Source of the DNA: a virus
Taxonomy: Duplodnaviria > Heunggongvirae > Uroviricota > Caudoviricetes
IMG/VR virus record: IMGVR_UViG_2703719347_000006
Location: 1-42,800 of that record
Strand: one strand, 5' to 3'
Length of the DNA stretch: 42,800 nucleotides
Shown: positions 17,991 through 29,202 of the stretch, piece after piece
How positions within the stretch are numbered: position 1 is the stretch's first letter
Layout: every line of letters begins with the position of its first letter
Notes under the pieces: model-generated
What the model saw: only the letters and a program-made list of their open reading frames with translations
What the model was told of the DNA's origin: nothing
Databases searched by the model: none
Translations under genes and position numbers: made by a program

Positions 17991-18454
17991 GCAGGGTCAC
18001 CGCGATTATCTCCGCTCTGGTTATCTGCATCATCGTCTGCCTGTCATGGGCTGTTAATCATTACCGTGATAACGCCATCGCCTACAAAGAACAGCGTGAT
18101 AAAAAAGCCAGTGAGCTGAAGCAGGCGACCGCCACCATTACTGACATGCAGCAGCGCCAGCGTTCTGCTGATGCACTCGATGCTAAATACACGAAGGAGT
18201 TAGCTGATGCGAAAGCTGAAAATGATGCTCTTCGGCGCAAGCTTGATAATGGTGGTCGGGTGTTCGTCAAAGGAAAATGCCCTGTGCCATCCTCAGCCGA
18301 AACCTCCAGCGCCTCCGGCATGGGCAATGATGCCACCGTCGAACTCTCTCCAGTTGCTGGACGAAACGTTCTCGGTATCCGGGACGGAATTATCCGCGAC
18401 CAAACAGCACTGAGAACGCTTCAGGAATACATCAGGACGCAATGCCTGAAATAA
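17987..18454 (+). CDS. Rz: i-spanin Rz
   Basis: 155-aa ORF with N-terminal TM segment and coiled-coil periplasmic domain. Confidence 0.85.
   Translation: MSRVTAIISALVICIIVCLSWAVNHYRDNAIAYKEQRDKKASELKQATATITDMQQRQRSADALDAKYTKELADAKAENDALRRKLDNGGRVFVKGKCPVPSSAETSSASGMGNDATVELSPVAGRNVLGIRDGIIRDQTALRTLQEYIRTQCLK
18207..18413 (+). CDS. Rz1: o-spanin Rz1 (lipoprotein embedded in Rz in the +1 frame)
   Basis: Signal peptide with lipobox VVGC and proline-rich [11 protein letters not shown]; wholly inside Rz. Confidence 0.8.
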   Translation: MRKLKMMLFGASLIMVVGCSSKENALCHPQPKPPAPPAWAMMPPSNSLQLLDETFSVSGTELSATKQH

Positions 18455-18511
18455 TTTTTTTGCAAATCAATACCATGATTGCTGACATCGTTAATCATAG
18501 AAATTGGAGCA

Positions 18512-19084
18512 ATGTTTCGGAGGTGTGATTTGAAACAGCTCACACCTAAGCAGGAACTGTTCTGCAGGGAATATTTAAAAGATTTAAACGCCACTCAGGC
18601 AGCTATCAGGGCGGGTTACAGCGAGGATTCTGCCGCCTCACAGGGGTGCGAGAACCTTATAAAACCTAATATCGCAAAACGCATTGCTGAGCTAAAGGCT
18701 GAACGCAATGAAGAGGTAGGTATAGACGCTGCCTATGTATTGCGACGGCTGACTGAAATCGATCAGATGGACGTGCTTGACATTCTGCTTGCCAATGGCG
18801 AACTGAAGCCGATTAAAGACTGGCCTAAGGTGTGGCGTACAACGCTATCAGGAATGGATGTCGTCGAGATGGCATCAGCAGATAGTGCTGCTCTCCTGAA
18901 GAAAATCAAATGGCCTGATAAGGTTAAAAACCTTGAGTTGCTTGGGCGTCATGTTTCTGTTCAGGCGTTTAAAGACAACGTCAAAAATGAAGTGACTGGT
19001 GCTGACGGAGGACCAGTCAGAACAGAAATTACCAACTTAACGCCGGAGCAGGCTGCAGAGGCGTATAGAAAAATGATGGGCTAA
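18512..19084 (+). CDS. Terminase small subunit
   Basis: Start at ATG 18512 with GGAG RBS; motif [13 protein letters not shown] typical of HTH-type small terminase; immediately upstream of large terminase. Confidence 0.7.
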   Translation: MFRRCDLKQLTPKQELFCREYLKDLNATQAAIRAGYSEDSAASQGCENLIKPNIAKRIAELKAERNEEVGIDAAYVLRRLTEIDQMDVLDILLANGELKPIKDWPKVWRTTLSGMDVVEMASADSAALLKKIKWPDKVKNLELLGRHVSVQAFKDNVKNEVTGADGGPVRTEITNLTPEQAAEAYRKMMG

Positions 19085-19086
19085 GT

Positions 19087-20709
19087 ATGCCGTTACCATT
19101 CCCCTTCGATTTTAAACATCCTGATTACCAGATGGTTTTTGAATGGCGGATGGAACGCCTACAGCGCATTCGCCAGAATCCTGAAATATTGCCTGCACTA
19201 AAACAGTTTTACCGAACCAATCCGGCTCAGTTCATCATCGACTGGGGCATGACAACGGACCCGCGTAATATTGATTATGGCCTGCCGGTGACCATTCCGT
19301 TTTTACTCTTCCCTAAGCAGGAGGAGTGGATCCACTGGATTATGGAACGCTGGGGTAATCGGGAGAATGGTATTACCGAAAAATCCCGTGAAATGGGGCT
19401 CAGTTGGACCGCGATCGGGCTGGCATGCTCGCTTTGTCTCTTCAACAAAGAAATGGTTATCGGTTTCGGCTCCCGTAAAGAGGAATACGTCGACAGCACC
19501 GGTGACCCGAAAGCATTGTTCTGGAAGGCACGCAAGTTCGTGGAAACGCTACCTGTAGAGTTTCGCGGTTCGTGGAGTGAGAAGAAGCACGCGCCATATA
19601 TGCGTGTTGAGTTTCCTGAAACTGGTGCCGTTATCAAAGGCGAGGCTGGCGATAATATTGGTCGTGGTGACCGTACCACGCTTTATCTGGTTGATGAGGC
19701 TGCATTCCTTCAGCGTCCTCTGCTGATTGATGCGGCGTTGTCACAAACGACGCGTTGCCGTATTGACCTGAGTTCAGTTAACGGCATGGCGAACCCGTTC
19801 GCTCAGAAGCGTCATGGCGGGAAGATACCGGTATTCACATTCCACTGGCGGGATGATCCTCGCAAGGATGAAGAGTGGTATCGCAGGGAATGCGAGAAAA
19901 TAGATAATCCGGTGGTGGTGGCACAGGAACTTGATCTGAACTACAGCGCATCAGCGGAAGGCGTCCTGATTCCATCCGAATGGGTACAGGCTGCTGTCGA
20001 CGCGCATATCAAGCTGGGCATCCAGCCAACAGGCAAGCGACTGGGCGCGATGGACGTCGCCGACGAAGGCAGGGACAAAAATGCCTTTTCCACCCGTCAT
20101 GGCTTCCTCCTGGAGAATGTGCGGGAATGGTCCGGTGTGGGCAGCGACATTTATCAGTCCGTCGAGAAGGTTTTCGGCTTTTGCGAACAGGACAACCTCG
20201 AAGAGTTTCGCTTTGACGAGGACGGGCTGGGCGCTGGCGTTCGCGGCGATGCACGCGCTATCAACGAACTGCGTAACGCTGCGCGTCGACCGTCAATACT
20301 TGCCACACCGTTTCGAGGTAGTGGCGCGGTATTTGATCCGGATGATGAAGCTGTTCGCGGGGACAACGGGCAAGCCGCACGTCTGAACAAGGACTTCTTC
20401 GCTAACGCCAAAGCCCAGAGCTGGTGGCGGTTACGTAAACTTTTCCAGAACACCTGGCGTGCCGTGGTTGAAGGTATGGCTTACAACCCGGACGAAATCA
20501 TCTCAATCAGCAGTAGCATGGCACTCAAAGATAAACTCATCATCGAGCTTTCGCAGCCGACCTATTCCATTAATGGTGTGGGAAAAATCGTTATTGATAA
20601 ACAGCCTGATGGAACCCGGTCGCCAAACCTTGCCGACTCGGTGATGATCAGCTATGCCCCAATGAATTCAGCCCTGAATATCTGGGAGCTGCTAGGGAGA
20701 CAGGCCTGA
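19087..20709 (+). CDS. Terminase large subunit
   Basis: 540-aa ORF; deviant Walker A-like EKSREMGLS, Walker [10 protein letters not shown], acidic nuclease-domain residues; upstream of portal with TGATG overlap. Confidence 0.7.
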   Translation: MPLPFPFDFKHPDYQMVFEWRMERLQRIRQNPEILPALKQFYRTNPAQFIIDWGMTTDPRNIDYGLPVTIPFLLFPKQEEWIHWIMERWGNRENGITEKSREMGLSWTAIGLACSLCLFNKEMVIGFGSRKEEYVDSTGDPKALFWKARKFVETLPVEFRGSWSEKKHAPYMRVEFPETGAVIKGEAGDNIGRGDRTTLYLVDEAAFLQRPLLIDAALSQTTRCRIDLSSVNGMANPFAQKRHGGKIPVFTFHWRDDPRKDEEWYRRECEKIDNPVVVAQELDLNYSASAEGVLIPSEWVQAAVDAHIKLGIQPTGKRLGAMDVADEGRDKNAFSTRHGFLLENVREWSGVGSDIYQSVEKVFGFCEQDNLEEFRFDEDGLGAGVRGDARAINELRNAARRPSILATPFRGSGAVFDPDDEAVRGDNGQAARLNKDFFANAKAQSWWRLRKLFQNTWRAVVEGMAYNPDEIISISSSMALKDKLIIELSQPTYSINGVGKIVIDKQPDGTRSPNLADSVMISYAPMNSALNIWELLGRQA

Positions 20710-22175
20710 TGGCACGAAACAAACAAGCCCTGCGGAGAACTGCGCAGGCCACCGCTGATGGCTATGAGAACTTTGTCGCCCGCGTGGGAATGCAGACGCC
20801 TAACCAGCACTCAGCATCGACCTACCGGGCTAACTTCACCAGTCGCAACCGCATGCTGGTGGAATGGTCCTATCGTTCGTCCTGGATCATCGGCGAAGCG
20901 GTCGACGCTATCCCGGATGATATGACCCGCAAAGGCATTCGCATCACTTCGGAAATTGATGCAAAAGATCGCGGCATTCTCGAATCACAACTTGATGAGT
21001 TGCAGATCTGGGATGCGCTGAACGACGTGCTGAAATGGTCTCGCCTCTACGGCGGCGCGGTGGGGTTCATCATGATTGAGGGGCAGGCACCAATGACCCC
21101 GCTGCGGCTCGAAACCATTGGAGAAGGCAAGTTTAAGGGTATTCTCCCGCTCGACCGCTGGATGATTAACCCGGTGCTGACCCGCCGCATTAAAGAGATG
21201 GGGCCAGATCTCGGCAAACCTGAGTTTTACGACGTGGTGACCACTGCAACGGGCATCCCGGCCTGGCGCATCCATCACAGCCGCCTGATTCGCTTCGATG
21301 GCGTCACGCTGCCATTCCAGCAGAAGATGACCGAGAACGAATGGGGAATGTCGGTTGTAGAGCGAATCTGGGATCGGCTTACTGCGTTCGACAGCGCCAC
21401 TGTCGGCGCGGCGCAGCTGGTCTACAAAGCGCATTTGCGTACCTACAGCGTGGAGAAGCTGCGCGAGATTATCGCGCTTGGTGGTCCTGCGTATGAAGCG
21501 CTGCTGAAGAACATCGACCTGATCCGCAAGTTCCAGAGCAATGAAGGCATGACGCTCATGGACTCGCGGGATAAGTTTGAAACGCATCAGTACAGCTTCA
21601 GTGGTCTGGATGACATCCTATCGCAGTTTGCAGAACAGATTAGTGGCGCTGTTGGTATTCCACTGGTGCGGTTGTTCGGACAGTCCCCGAAAGGATTTTC
21701 TACCGGTGATGCAGATCTTGCCAACTATTACGACCGGGTGAGCTCATTGCAGGAGCGCCGCTTACGGATGCCGATGCGCCGGATACTGGACATTATGCAC
21801 CGCTCGGAACTCGGTAAGCCGCTGCCGGACGATTTCACGTTTGAGTTTAACCCGCTCTGGCAAATGTCTGATGTCGATCGCTCAACGGTGGCGTTAAACA
21901 CTACCAACGCAATCAGTACGGCGCTGGGTGATGGTCTGATGACACTGAAAGCCGCTATGACCGATTTGCGCGAAAATTCTGACGTAACCGGCATCGGGGC
22001 ATCCATTACCGACGAGGACATAGAGAATGCCGAAGACGAAGCGCCGCCAGGCATCGGCGAACTTGGCGACAAACCGCCAGAGTCGCCAGGCGGAGATCCG
22101 ATATCGAACGAGCCTACGGCAGATAGCGCGGGCGGTCGGGGATATCGTAAATGGTCGCTACGATGGTTCAAATGA
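20709..22175 (+). CDS. Portal protein
   Basis: 488-aa ORF directly after large terminase and before the head morphogenesis gene; acidic C-terminus. Confidence 0.65.
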   Translation: MARNKQALRRTAQATADGYENFVARVGMQTPNQHSASTYRANFTSRNRMLVEWSYRSSWIIGEAVDAIPDDMTRKGIRITSEIDAKDRGILESQLDELQIWDALNDVLKWSRLYGGAVGFIMIEGQAPMTPLRLETIGEGKFKGILPLDRWMINPVLTRRIKEMGPDLGKPEFYDVVTTATGIPAWRIHHSRLIRFDGVTLPFQQKMTENEWGMSVVERIWDRLTAFDSATVGAAQLVYKAHLRTYSVEKLREIIALGGPAYEALLKNIDLIRKFQSNEGMTLMDSRDKFETHQYSFSGLDDILSQFAEQISGAVGIPLVRLFGQSPKGFSTGDADLANYYDRVSSLQERRLRMPMRRILDIMHRSELGKPLPDDFTFEFNPLWQMSDVDRSTVALNTTNAISTALGDGLMTLKAAMTDLRENSDVTGIGASITDEDIENAEDEAPPGIGELGDKPPESPGGDPISNEPTADSAGGRGYRKWSLRWFK

Positions 22176-22191
22176 CAGTGTCACCGAAATA

Positions 22192-22800
22192 ATGGATGCG
22201 CTGGAGCGCTACAGCGAAATCATCACCCCCTGGGCGACGAAGGTTGCTGAGAACTTTACCGCCGACATTGCGCGCCAGAATGAAAAGCAGTGGCGTCAGC
22301 ACAGCAGGAACATCAGCGCAGAGCTGCGCAACATGGTCGACCGCGCCCCGGTAGGCCAGGTGATGAAATCCATCGTCGCCGAGCAAATTAAGTACATCAA
22401 GTCACTGCCTCTTGAGGCCGCCGATCGGGTGTATGACATTCAGAACAAGGCCATCGAGGCCGTTGTGTCTGGTGGCCGCGCTGAGCCATTCGCGAAAGAG
22501 ATAGCTGCGTCCGGTGACGTGTCACGCTCACGAGCGAACCTTATCGCCCGTACCGAGCTTGGACGTGCAACCGGCGCGCTGGATCAGGCGCGTGCGCTGT
22601 CAATCGGCTCGAATGGTTATATCTGGCGTACAGCCGAAGATGGCGACGTCCGGCATTCTCATCGGGAGATGGAAGGTAAGTTTGTCGAATGGGGCAAACC
22701 TCCAACGCTTGATGGCATGACCGGTCACGCTGGCGAGCTCCCGAATTGTCGCTGTTATAAAGAAATCGTTTTTCCCAATCCTCATTCTTATCTCGCCTGA
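22192..22800 (+). CDS. Head morphogenesis protein (Mu F-like / SPP1 gp7 family)
   Basis: Conserved C-terminal motif GDVRHSHREMEGKFVEWGKPP...LPNCRCY; track ORF starts at 22027 overlapping portal by 149 nt, first in-frame ATG after the portal stop is 22192, true start uncertain. Confidence 0.6.
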   Translation: MDALERYSEIITPWATKVAENFTADIARQNEKQWRQHSRNISAELRNMVDRAPVGQVMKSIVAEQIKYIKSLPLEAADRVYDIQNKAIEAVVSGGRAEPFAKEIAASGDVSRSRANLIARTELGRATGALDQARALSIGSNGYIWRTAEDGDVRHSHREMEGKFVEWGKPPTLDGMTGHAGELPNCRCYKEIVFPNPHSYLA

Positions 22801-22814
22801 ATCGCAGGTAAACC

Positions 22815-24035
22815 ATGAAATATTTTTTCAATACCCGGCTGGGGGAAACCCGCTATCAGCTGGCTGACGGCTCGCTGCTGTGCAAAGACGTGCCGATAGG
22901 TCGAACGGGTAAGCAGCTTTACGGCGCTGCCGATCTGCCAAACCTCAAACCCGACAAGCTCGGCGAGATAGTCGTAACGCGCTCTCCTGATCAGGTATTC
23001 CATCCGGCCACGCTCGCCTCATTCGAAGGGATGAGCATCACGATCCTGCATCCTGAAGATGAAAACGGGAATGTGCGGCTGGTCAACCCCGAGAACTGGA
23101 AAGAGCTTGCGGTCGGGCATCTTCAGAACGTTCGGCGCGGGACTGGTGATCAGTCTGATTTGATGCTGGCTGACCTTATCGTCAAAGACGAAAGCGCCAT
23201 TCAGCTGATCGAAGATGGTCTGCGCGAAGTGTCGTGCGGCTATGACGCTGAGTACGAGCAGACCGAACCCGGAAAAGCCGAGCAGGTCGATATTACCGGA
23301 AACCATGTGGCTCTTGTCCCTAAAGGCAGAGCCGGAAATCGTTGTGCAATTGGAGACAGAGACACAATGGCAAATCAAAAGAAAAACTGGTGGAACCGCA
23401 TGCGTGCAGCCATCAAGACAGGAGATGCCGACACCATGAACGAACTGGTGGAGTCGGCTCCCGCATCGGTTACAGGAGATGAGGGGGATTTGCCGCAGGG
23501 CGTTAATCTCAACATCAACCTGTCCCCGCAGCAACCACTACCGGACAAAGCACCAGAGATGGGTGGAGGTCCAACCGGCGACAGTGATGATGACCTCAAA
23601 ACATTACTGAAAGCCCTGCTGGCTAAGCTGGAAGGAAATGCCACGGGCGATAACGATAATAAGCCTGACGATAATCCGACCGGTGACGGCGAGGATGATG
23701 AAGAGGAAACCACGATTACTGGTGACTCAGCCTGGCGTGCCGAAGTTATCGTTCCGGGTATCGATCTGAGCCGTAAGATGAAACCGACCGCGTTCAAACG
23801 CGAGGTTCTGGCTTCCGCTGACAAAACGCTGGTTCGCCAGATAGTCGGTGATGCGGATATCCGCAAATTACCGAAACAATCGGTCAACATGGCGTTTAAT
23901 GCCGTGTCTGAGATTGCCAAAGGGCGAAACACCCGCGCCACCACCGGCGATGCACAGCGCCCAAACATGGGCATGACCAGTATCGCTTCCCTGAACAAAC
24001 AAAACGCTGAATTCTGGGCAAACCGTAAAGGGTAA
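22815..24035 (+). CDS. Putative capsid scaffold/prohead protease protein
   Basis: 406-aa ORF between head morphogenesis and capsid genes; long acidic low-complexity region (GDSDDD...GEDDEEE). Confidence 0.4.
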   Translation: MKYFFNTRLGETRYQLADGSLLCKDVPIGRTGKQLYGAADLPNLKPDKLGEIVVTRSPDQVFHPATLASFEGMSITILHPEDENGNVRLVNPENWKELAVGHLQNVRRGTGDQSDLMLADLIVKDESAIQLIEDGLREVSCGYDAEYEQTEPGKAEQVDITGNHVALVPKGRAGNRCAIGDRDTMANQKKNWWNRMRAAIKTGDADTMNELVESAPASVTGDEGDLPQGVNLNINLSPQQPLPDKAPEMGGGPTGDSDDDLKTLLKALLAKLEGNATGDNDNKPDDNPTGDGEDDEEETTITGDSAWRAEVIVPGIDLSRKMKPTAFKREVLASADKTLVRQIVGDADIRKLPKQSVNMAFNAVSEIAKGRNTRATTGDAQRPNMGMTSIASLNKQNAEFWANRKG

Positions 24036-24038
24036 AAA

Positions 24039-24545
24039 ATGAATAATGTATTTCTGTACCGGATGCCTGTTGGCATTGCCGGGGCTGTCTCTCGCCCGCA
24101 GGACTTAACCGTCGAACCGGTGGTCCTTAAATCCGATAACGCCTTTGCTGCCTATGGGCTGGCTGGTAAATACGATGATGACGGTTTTTTCGTACCGCTG
24201 GCAGATGGTGATACCGCAGACAAGGTGAAGGGGATCTATGTGCGCCCTTATCCGACCACGTCGCAGCCGGACATGGTTCGCCAGGTGGGGAGTGGCAAGA
24301 ACTTCCCGGGAGACGCCATGAAGCGTGGCTACGTGACCGTTAATCTCGGTTCTGATTTTGATGCCAGCACCATCAAAAAAGGCGACCCGGTATACGTTGT
24401 CGTCTCCGCTGATGAATCCATCAAAGTGCCGCTGGGTGGATTCATGTCCACGTCAGTCAGTGGCAAAAATGTGGTGCTGACCAACGCTGAATTCACAGGT
24501 GCCGGTGATGCTAACGGCAATGCAGAAATTTCCTGGAAGATTTAA
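24039..24545 (+). CDS. Putative head structural/decoration protein
   Basis: 168-aa ORF immediately upstream of the major capsid gene. Confidence 0.35.
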   Translation: MNNVFLYRMPVGIAGAVSRPQDLTVEPVVLKSDNAFAAYGLAGKYDDDGFFVPLADGDTADKVKGIYVRPYPTTSQPDMVRQVGSGKNFPGDAMKRGYVTVNLGSDFDASTIKKGDPVYVVVSADESIKVPLGGFMSTSVSGKNVVLTNAEFTGAGDANGNAEISWKI

Positions 24546-24556
24546 GGAACAGACGA

Positions 24557-25498
24557 ATGATTACTTTTGATCAGGCAACCGTTGACAGCTCTGGTGCCTT
24601 TCTCATCGGGGAGCTGGAGCGACTCGACCAGACGCTGAACCTGCCACTGGTGGGGTACACCTGGACCCGCGATATTCAGTTGCGTGAAGATGTCTCTATC
24701 GCAGATGACATTTCCAGCTGGACGAATACCAGCTTCGCCGCTGCGGGTACTGGCGCAAATCCGAATGGCAAAAACTGGGTAGGCAAAGACTCAACCGCTA
24801 TTGCTGGCGTAAACGTGGATATCGGCAAATCCGGTAACCCGCTGAATCTCTGGGGCATGGAACTGGGCTGGACCGTTGTAGAGCTGGCAGCAGCTCAGCA
24901 GGTAGGTCGCCCGATTGACACCCAGAAGTACGACGGGATGCAGCTCAAATGGCAGATGGACAACGACGAGCAGGTGTATGTTGGCGATTCCGCATTAAAC
25001 CTGAAAGGTCTTGTTACCCTGAACGGTGTTCCTGTCAACAACGCTGCCAAAACGTGGGCAACCTCAACACCGGACGAAATCCGCGCAAGCATTAACCAGG
25101 TGCTGTCTGATGCGTGGGCCGCTTCCGGTTACTCTGTGGTTCCGCGTGATTTGCTGATCCCGCCTGAGCAGTTTGCTCTGTTGTCCAGCATCATCGTTTC
25201 ATCTGCGGGTAACCAGTCCCTGTTGACGTACCTTCAGACCAACACCATCAGCTATCACCAGAACGGTGTTCCGCTGAATATCCGCGCGGTTAAATGGCTG
25301 AAAGGCCGTGGTGTGGGGAATAAGGATCGCATGGTTGCGTACACCAACGATAAAAAATACGTCCGCTACCCGCTGGTTCCGCTTCAGAGCGTTCCTATCC
25401 AGTATCGTGGTCTGTATCAGATTGCGACCTACTACGGCAAGCTCGGTGCGGTCGAGCCAGTGTACAAAGAAACCATTTCGTACGTTGATGGCATTTAA
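24557..25498 (+). CDS. Major capsid protein
   Basis: 313-aa ORF in canonical position, followed by an 8-bp GC stem-loop. Confidence 0.6.
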   Translation: MITFDQATVDSSGAFLIGELERLDQTLNLPLVGYTWTRDIQLREDVSIADDISSWTNTSFAAAGTGANPNGKNWVGKDSTAIAGVNVDIGKSGNPLNLWGMELGWTVVELAAAQQVGRPIDTQKYDGMQLKWQMDNDEQVYVGDSALNLKGLVTLNGVPVNNAAKTWATSTPDEIRASINQVLSDAWAASGYSVVPRDLLIPPEQFALLSSIIVSSAGNQSLLTYLQTNTISYHQNGVPLNIRAVKWLKGRGVGNKDRMVAYTNDKKYVRYPLVPLQSVPIQYRGLYQIATYYGKLGAVEPVYKETISYVDGI

Positions 25499-25539
25499 CA
25501 GCCACATGGCCCCCTGGCGGGGCCATTAAGGATGACCCG

Positions 25540-25761
25540 ATGGCAAAAAATGATGCAGTAATACACGTACATACCCCGTTTGTGCTCACGCTTCCCGACG
25601 GTTCTCGGCGCGAGTTTGTTAAAGGCCGTCATGCTGTGGAGGAAGACGTTGCCACGCACTGGTTCACTCGTGCGCACGCGGAAGTATCCGTTGGCAAAGC
25701 CACAGACGCGCGTAACGAGGTAAAAAATGCCAAAGAATCAAAGTCTGCCAGCGGTAAGTGA
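25540..25761 (+). CDS. Hypothetical protein (73 aa)
   Basis: Small ORF after capsid gene. Confidence 0.3.
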   Translation: MAKNDAVIHVHTPFVLTLPDGSRREFVKGRHAVEEDVATHWFTRAHAEVSVGKATDARNEVKNAKESKSASGK

Positions 25762-26134
25762 TTTTCGCCGCGACTTCCCGCAGTTTGCTGACCCTGCCAA
25801 ATATCCCGAAGCGCAAATCCAGTTTCGTCTGAATCTGGCCGATGAACTGCTGAGCGAAAACGTCACCGGAAAAAAGTTGTTTCCGTACTTTGCCGAGTTG
25901 TTCGTGGCTCACTACATGACGCTATGGGCGGCAGATAGTCGGGCAATGCTGGTTGGCGGCCCGGGCGGTTCAACCAATGGTGTTCAATCCTCCAAGTCTG
26001 TTGACAAGGTAAGCGTCAGCTATGACACCAGCGCGACGCTAAACCCTGACGCAGGCTTCTGGAATAACACCCGATATGGCGCTGAATTTTATCAGCTGAT
26101 CACGATGTTCGGTGCGGGCGGTCGCCAGCTATGA
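25727..26134 (+). CDS. Putative head-tail connector/adaptor protein
   Basis: 135-aa ORF in the head-completion block between capsid and tail sheath genes. Confidence 0.35.
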   Translation: MPKNQSLPAVSDFRRDFPQFADPAKYPEAQIQFRLNLADELLSENVTGKKLFPYFAELFVAHYMTLWAADSRAMLVGGPGGSTNGVQSSKSVDKVSVSYDTSATLNPDAGFWNNTRYGAEFYQLITMFGAGGRQL

Positions 26135-26685
26135 GTTTCAAAAGCGGTGTAACAACGAGGGTGGATAACGCTCAGGCCATTCTGGATGCGCTCAGGTCGC
26201 TAACCAAAAAGGATGTGTTGGTCGGCATCCCTTCGGAAGACAGCGAGCGTGAAGATGTTCCGTTTGGTAATGCGGGGATCGGCTACGTCAATGAATACGG
26301 CTCACCGGCGCAAAATATCCCCCCACGCCCGCACCTGATCCCCGGCGTTAAATCGGTAGAGGAACAGACAGTGCCGCAGCTTAAAGCAGCGGCGCAGGCT
26401 GCGCTTGATGGAAATGCGGCGGGTGCGGAAAGAGCGCTTAACCGCGCCGGAATGCTGGCCGCGAATGGCGTCAGGCGTTACATGACCATTACCGGCTTTA
26501 CACCGCTTGCTGATAGCACCGTTGAAGCACGCGCACGCCGTGGGCGCAAAGGGGCAAAAGAGGAACTTGCGCGGCGCGCTGCTGGTGAGTCTCCTGGAAC
26601 CGATCTGGCGAAACCATTAATTGACACCGGGCAATATCGCAGAGCTATTACCCATGTTGTGAGGGATAAAGATGCCGACTCTTGA
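26131..26685 (+). CDS. Putative head-tail joining protein
   Basis: 184-aa ORF with 4-nt overlap to neighbours. Confidence 0.35.
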   Translation: MSFKSGVTTRVDNAQAILDALRSLTKKDVLVGIPSEDSEREDVPFGNAGIGYVNEYGSPAQNIPPRPHLIPGVKSVEEQTVPQLKAAAQAALDGNAAGAERALNRAGMLAANGVRRYMTITGFTPLADSTVEARARRGRKGAKEELARRAAGESPGTDLAKPLIDTGQYRRAITHVVRDKDADS

Positions 26686-27061
26686 TGTAACAGATGTGCT
26701 TTTTGACCCCGATTTTTGCGACTTCAATTTGTGGGTAACACGCCGAGTGCAAACGGTGGATGAGGACGGGATCGGCAGCGACAGTGAAGTTAAAAAGCAG
26801 TTTGCCGGAGTCGTAACTGTTGATCGCTCTCTGGAAAACCGCCGTATGCAGGCAGGGCAGGTAATCAGCGGTGCAATTCTGATTGTGACGACTGAGCGAC
26901 TGACGCAGGGACAGACTGGTCGTGATGCCGATATCGTGACGTATCAGGGCCGTGATTATCGTGTGACCTTCGTCGACCCGTATACAGCTTATGGGGCCGG
27001 ATTCGTTCAGGCGCATTGTGAGTTGATGCCGTTTGATGGGGGAATTCCGGTTGAGCAATAA
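26672..27061 (+). CDS. Putative neck/tail completion protein
   Basis: 129-aa ORF in tightly overlapping gene series. Confidence 0.35.
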   Translation: MPTLDVTDVLFDPDFCDFNLWVTRRVQTVDEDGIGSDSEVKKQFAGVVTVDRSLENRRMQAGQVISGAILIVTTERLTQGQTGRDADIVTYQGRDYRVTFVDPYTAYGAGFVQAHCELMPFDGGIPVEQ

Positions 27062-27599
27062 CACCAGCACAGAGCGCGGATGGCTGATACCAACCAGTGG
27101 CGATCCGGATTATGACGAAGCGCTCGACAGGCTGTTAAGCCAGTGGATGCGTAACGTTTCCGGTCTGTCTGCCGGGATGGTTCGCCCGCGCTGGCAGAAA
27201 GAGCAGCCGCCACTGCTACCGGTTGAAACGAACTGGTGTGCGTTTGGGGTTATCGGATGGTCAGGTGATGACAGTCCGGCATTCACCAGACAGACCGATG
27301 ATGGCTCTCAGCTCTGGCGGCATGAAACGATTGAGTGTATGGCTTCGTTTTATGGACCGGCTGGGATGGTGTATGCGTCCCGGTTTCGTGACGGTATATC
27401 TGTGCCGCAGAACAATGCAGCACTGAATGCGCTGGGGCTGTCTCTTGGCGATTACACAGGTCTGACTCCCTTCCCTGAACTTATTAATCAGCAATGGGTC
27501 CGCCGCTACGATATGACGGTGCGCCTGCGCCGGAAGGTTGTGCGCGAGTACGGTATTAAATCGCTGGTGGAAGCACCAGTCATCTTTTTCGGAGATTAA
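27033..27599 (+). CDS. Putative tail completion protein
   Basis: 188-aa ORF; start uncertain (ATG 27033 or TTG 27051). Confidence 0.35.
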   Translation: MMGEFRLSNNTSTERGWLIPTSGDPDYDEALDRLLSQWMRNVSGLSAGMVRPRWQKEQPPLLPVETNWCAFGVIGWSGDDSPAFTRQTDDGSQLWRHETIECMASFYGPAGMVYASRFRDGISVPQNNAALNALGLSLGDYTGLTPFPELINQQWVRRYDMTVRLRRKVVREYGIKSLVEAPVIFFGD

Positions 27600-27602
27600 G
27601 CT

Positions 27603-28748
27603 ATGGCACAGGGCTTGCCTGTATCAAACGTTGTTAATGTTGATGTGATCATGTCGCCGCGTGCAGCATCAGGGCGAAATTTTGGTGCATTACTCATTCT
27701 CGGCCCGTCCACAATCATTCCGGTAAGTGAGCGCATTCGTCGTTATTCTGCCGCGGAAGATATTGGAAAAGATTTTGGCGTGGAATCACCAGAATATAAA
27801 GCTGCGCAGGTGTTTTTCTCACAATCACCGAAACCTCAGGAGGTTTTTGTTGGTCGTTGGGTGAAAACGAAGGGAGACAGCGAACAGGCCACGACTGAGA
27901 CGCTGGAGCAGGCTGTGAATGCCATGCTCGATTATACTTCATGGTATGGGCTGGGGATTGCAGACGATGAAGATATTCCGGATGCAGACTGGCTGAAAGT
28001 GGCTGCGGCGATAGAATCCTCTTCTGTAAGTCGTATTCTGGCGATTACGACAAGCGATGAGAAATGCCTGCAGACTGCATCCAGCGATGATTTGGCATCA
28101 AAACTGAAAACCGCCGGATATTCACGCAGTTTTATTCAGTATTCATCGGGTAATAAATACGCTGCGTTATCTGCATTTGGCCGGGCATTCACGGTTAATT
28201 TCAATGGCAGTAATACCGCGATTACGCTCAAGTTTAAGCAGGAGCCGGGTGTCGGGTATGAAACACTGACAGTCAGCCAGGCATCGGCACTTGATGCAAA
28301 AAACTGCAATGTGTTCGTGTACTACCAGAATGATACAGCTATCCTCCAGCAGGGAGTGATGGCTAACGGCGATTTCTTTGATGAACGCCACGGCCTGGAC
28401 TGGTTACAGAATTATGTGCAGACCAACCTCTATAACCTGCTTTATACCAGCGCCACGAAAGTTCCCCAGACTGAAGCCGGTATTACCCGACTGTTATCAA
28501 ATGTTGAAAAATCACTGGATCAGGCCGTTCAGAATGGACTGATTGCTCCGGGCGTATGGAACGGTGGCGACCTTGGTCAGTTGTCATCAGGTGACACGCT
28601 GCCCAAAGGTTATTACGTATACGCCCAGCCGCTGGATGAACAGGCACAATCAGAACGTGAAGCCCGTAAGGCTCCGGTGATTCAGGCTGCAATAAAACTT
28701 GCAGGCGCGGTTCATTACGCTGACGTACAGATTAACGTTGTTCGCTAA
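27603..28748 (+). CDS. Putative tail sheath protein
   Basis: 381-aa ORF followed by small tube-like gene, chaperone and tape measure; gene order typical of contractile tails. Confidence 0.5.
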   Translation: MAQGLPVSNVVNVDVIMSPRAASGRNFGALLILGPSTIIPVSERIRRYSAAEDIGKDFGVESPEYKAAQVFFSQSPKPQEVFVGRWVKTKGDSEQATTETLEQAVNAMLDYTSWYGLGIADDEDIPDADWLKVAAAIESSSVSRILAITTSDEKCLQTASSDDLASKLKTAGYSRSFIQYSSGNKYAALSAFGRAFTVNFNGSNTAITLKFKQEPGVGYETLTVSQASALDAKNCNVFVYYQNDTAILQQGVMANGDFFDERHGLDWLQNYVQTNLYNLLYTSATKVPQTEAGITRLLSNVEKSLDQAVQNGLIAPGVWNGGDLGQLSSGDTLPKGYYVYAQPLDEQAQSEREARKAPVIQAAIKLAGAVHYADVQINVVR

Positions 28749-28758
28749 GGGGAAGTGA

Positions 28759-29199
28759 ATGTCTACCTATTCTTTTATGGATGTCACTGCGACGCTGACC
28801 GGCCCGACCGGTTCGATTGACCTCGGGTACGGTTCTGCAAGTTCTGAAGAGGGGATTGTGGTTGCGATGGGCGGTCCTAAAAACACCATGACCATCGGTT
28901 CTGATGGCGAAGTGATGCACAGTCTCCATGCAGATAAAAGCGGGACGATTACCGTTAACCTTCTGAAGACATCACCGACAAATAAAAAATTGTCGCTGGC
29001 GTATAACGCACAGAGCCAGTCTTCTGCCACATGGGGGAATAACGTTATCGTGATCCGCAACAAGGTCAGCGGCGACATCATCACGGCACGCAGTGTTGCG
29101 TTCCAGAAACAACCGGATAACGCCAACGCTAAAACCGGTAATACGATGCCGTGGGTGTTTGACTGCGGCAAGATTGACCAGGTTCTCGGGGAGTTTTAA
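28759..29199 (+). CDS. Putative tail tube protein
   Basis: 146-aa ORF between sheath-like and chaperone genes. Confidence 0.5.
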   Translation: MSTYSFMDVTATLTGPTGSIDLGYGSASSEEGIVVAMGGPKNTMTIGSDGEVMHSLHADKSGTITVNLLKTSPTNKKLSLAYNAQSQSSATWGNNVIVIRNKVSGDIITARSVAFQKQPDNANAKTGNTMPWVFDCGKIDQVLGEF

Positions 29200-29202
29200 T
29201 AC

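Noticed and set aside
20985-22171. Minus-strand ORFs 20985-21587 and 21728-22171 inside the portal gene
   Set aside because: Antisense to a well-supported structural gene in a unidirectional late operon; composition looks like GC-rich antisense artefact.
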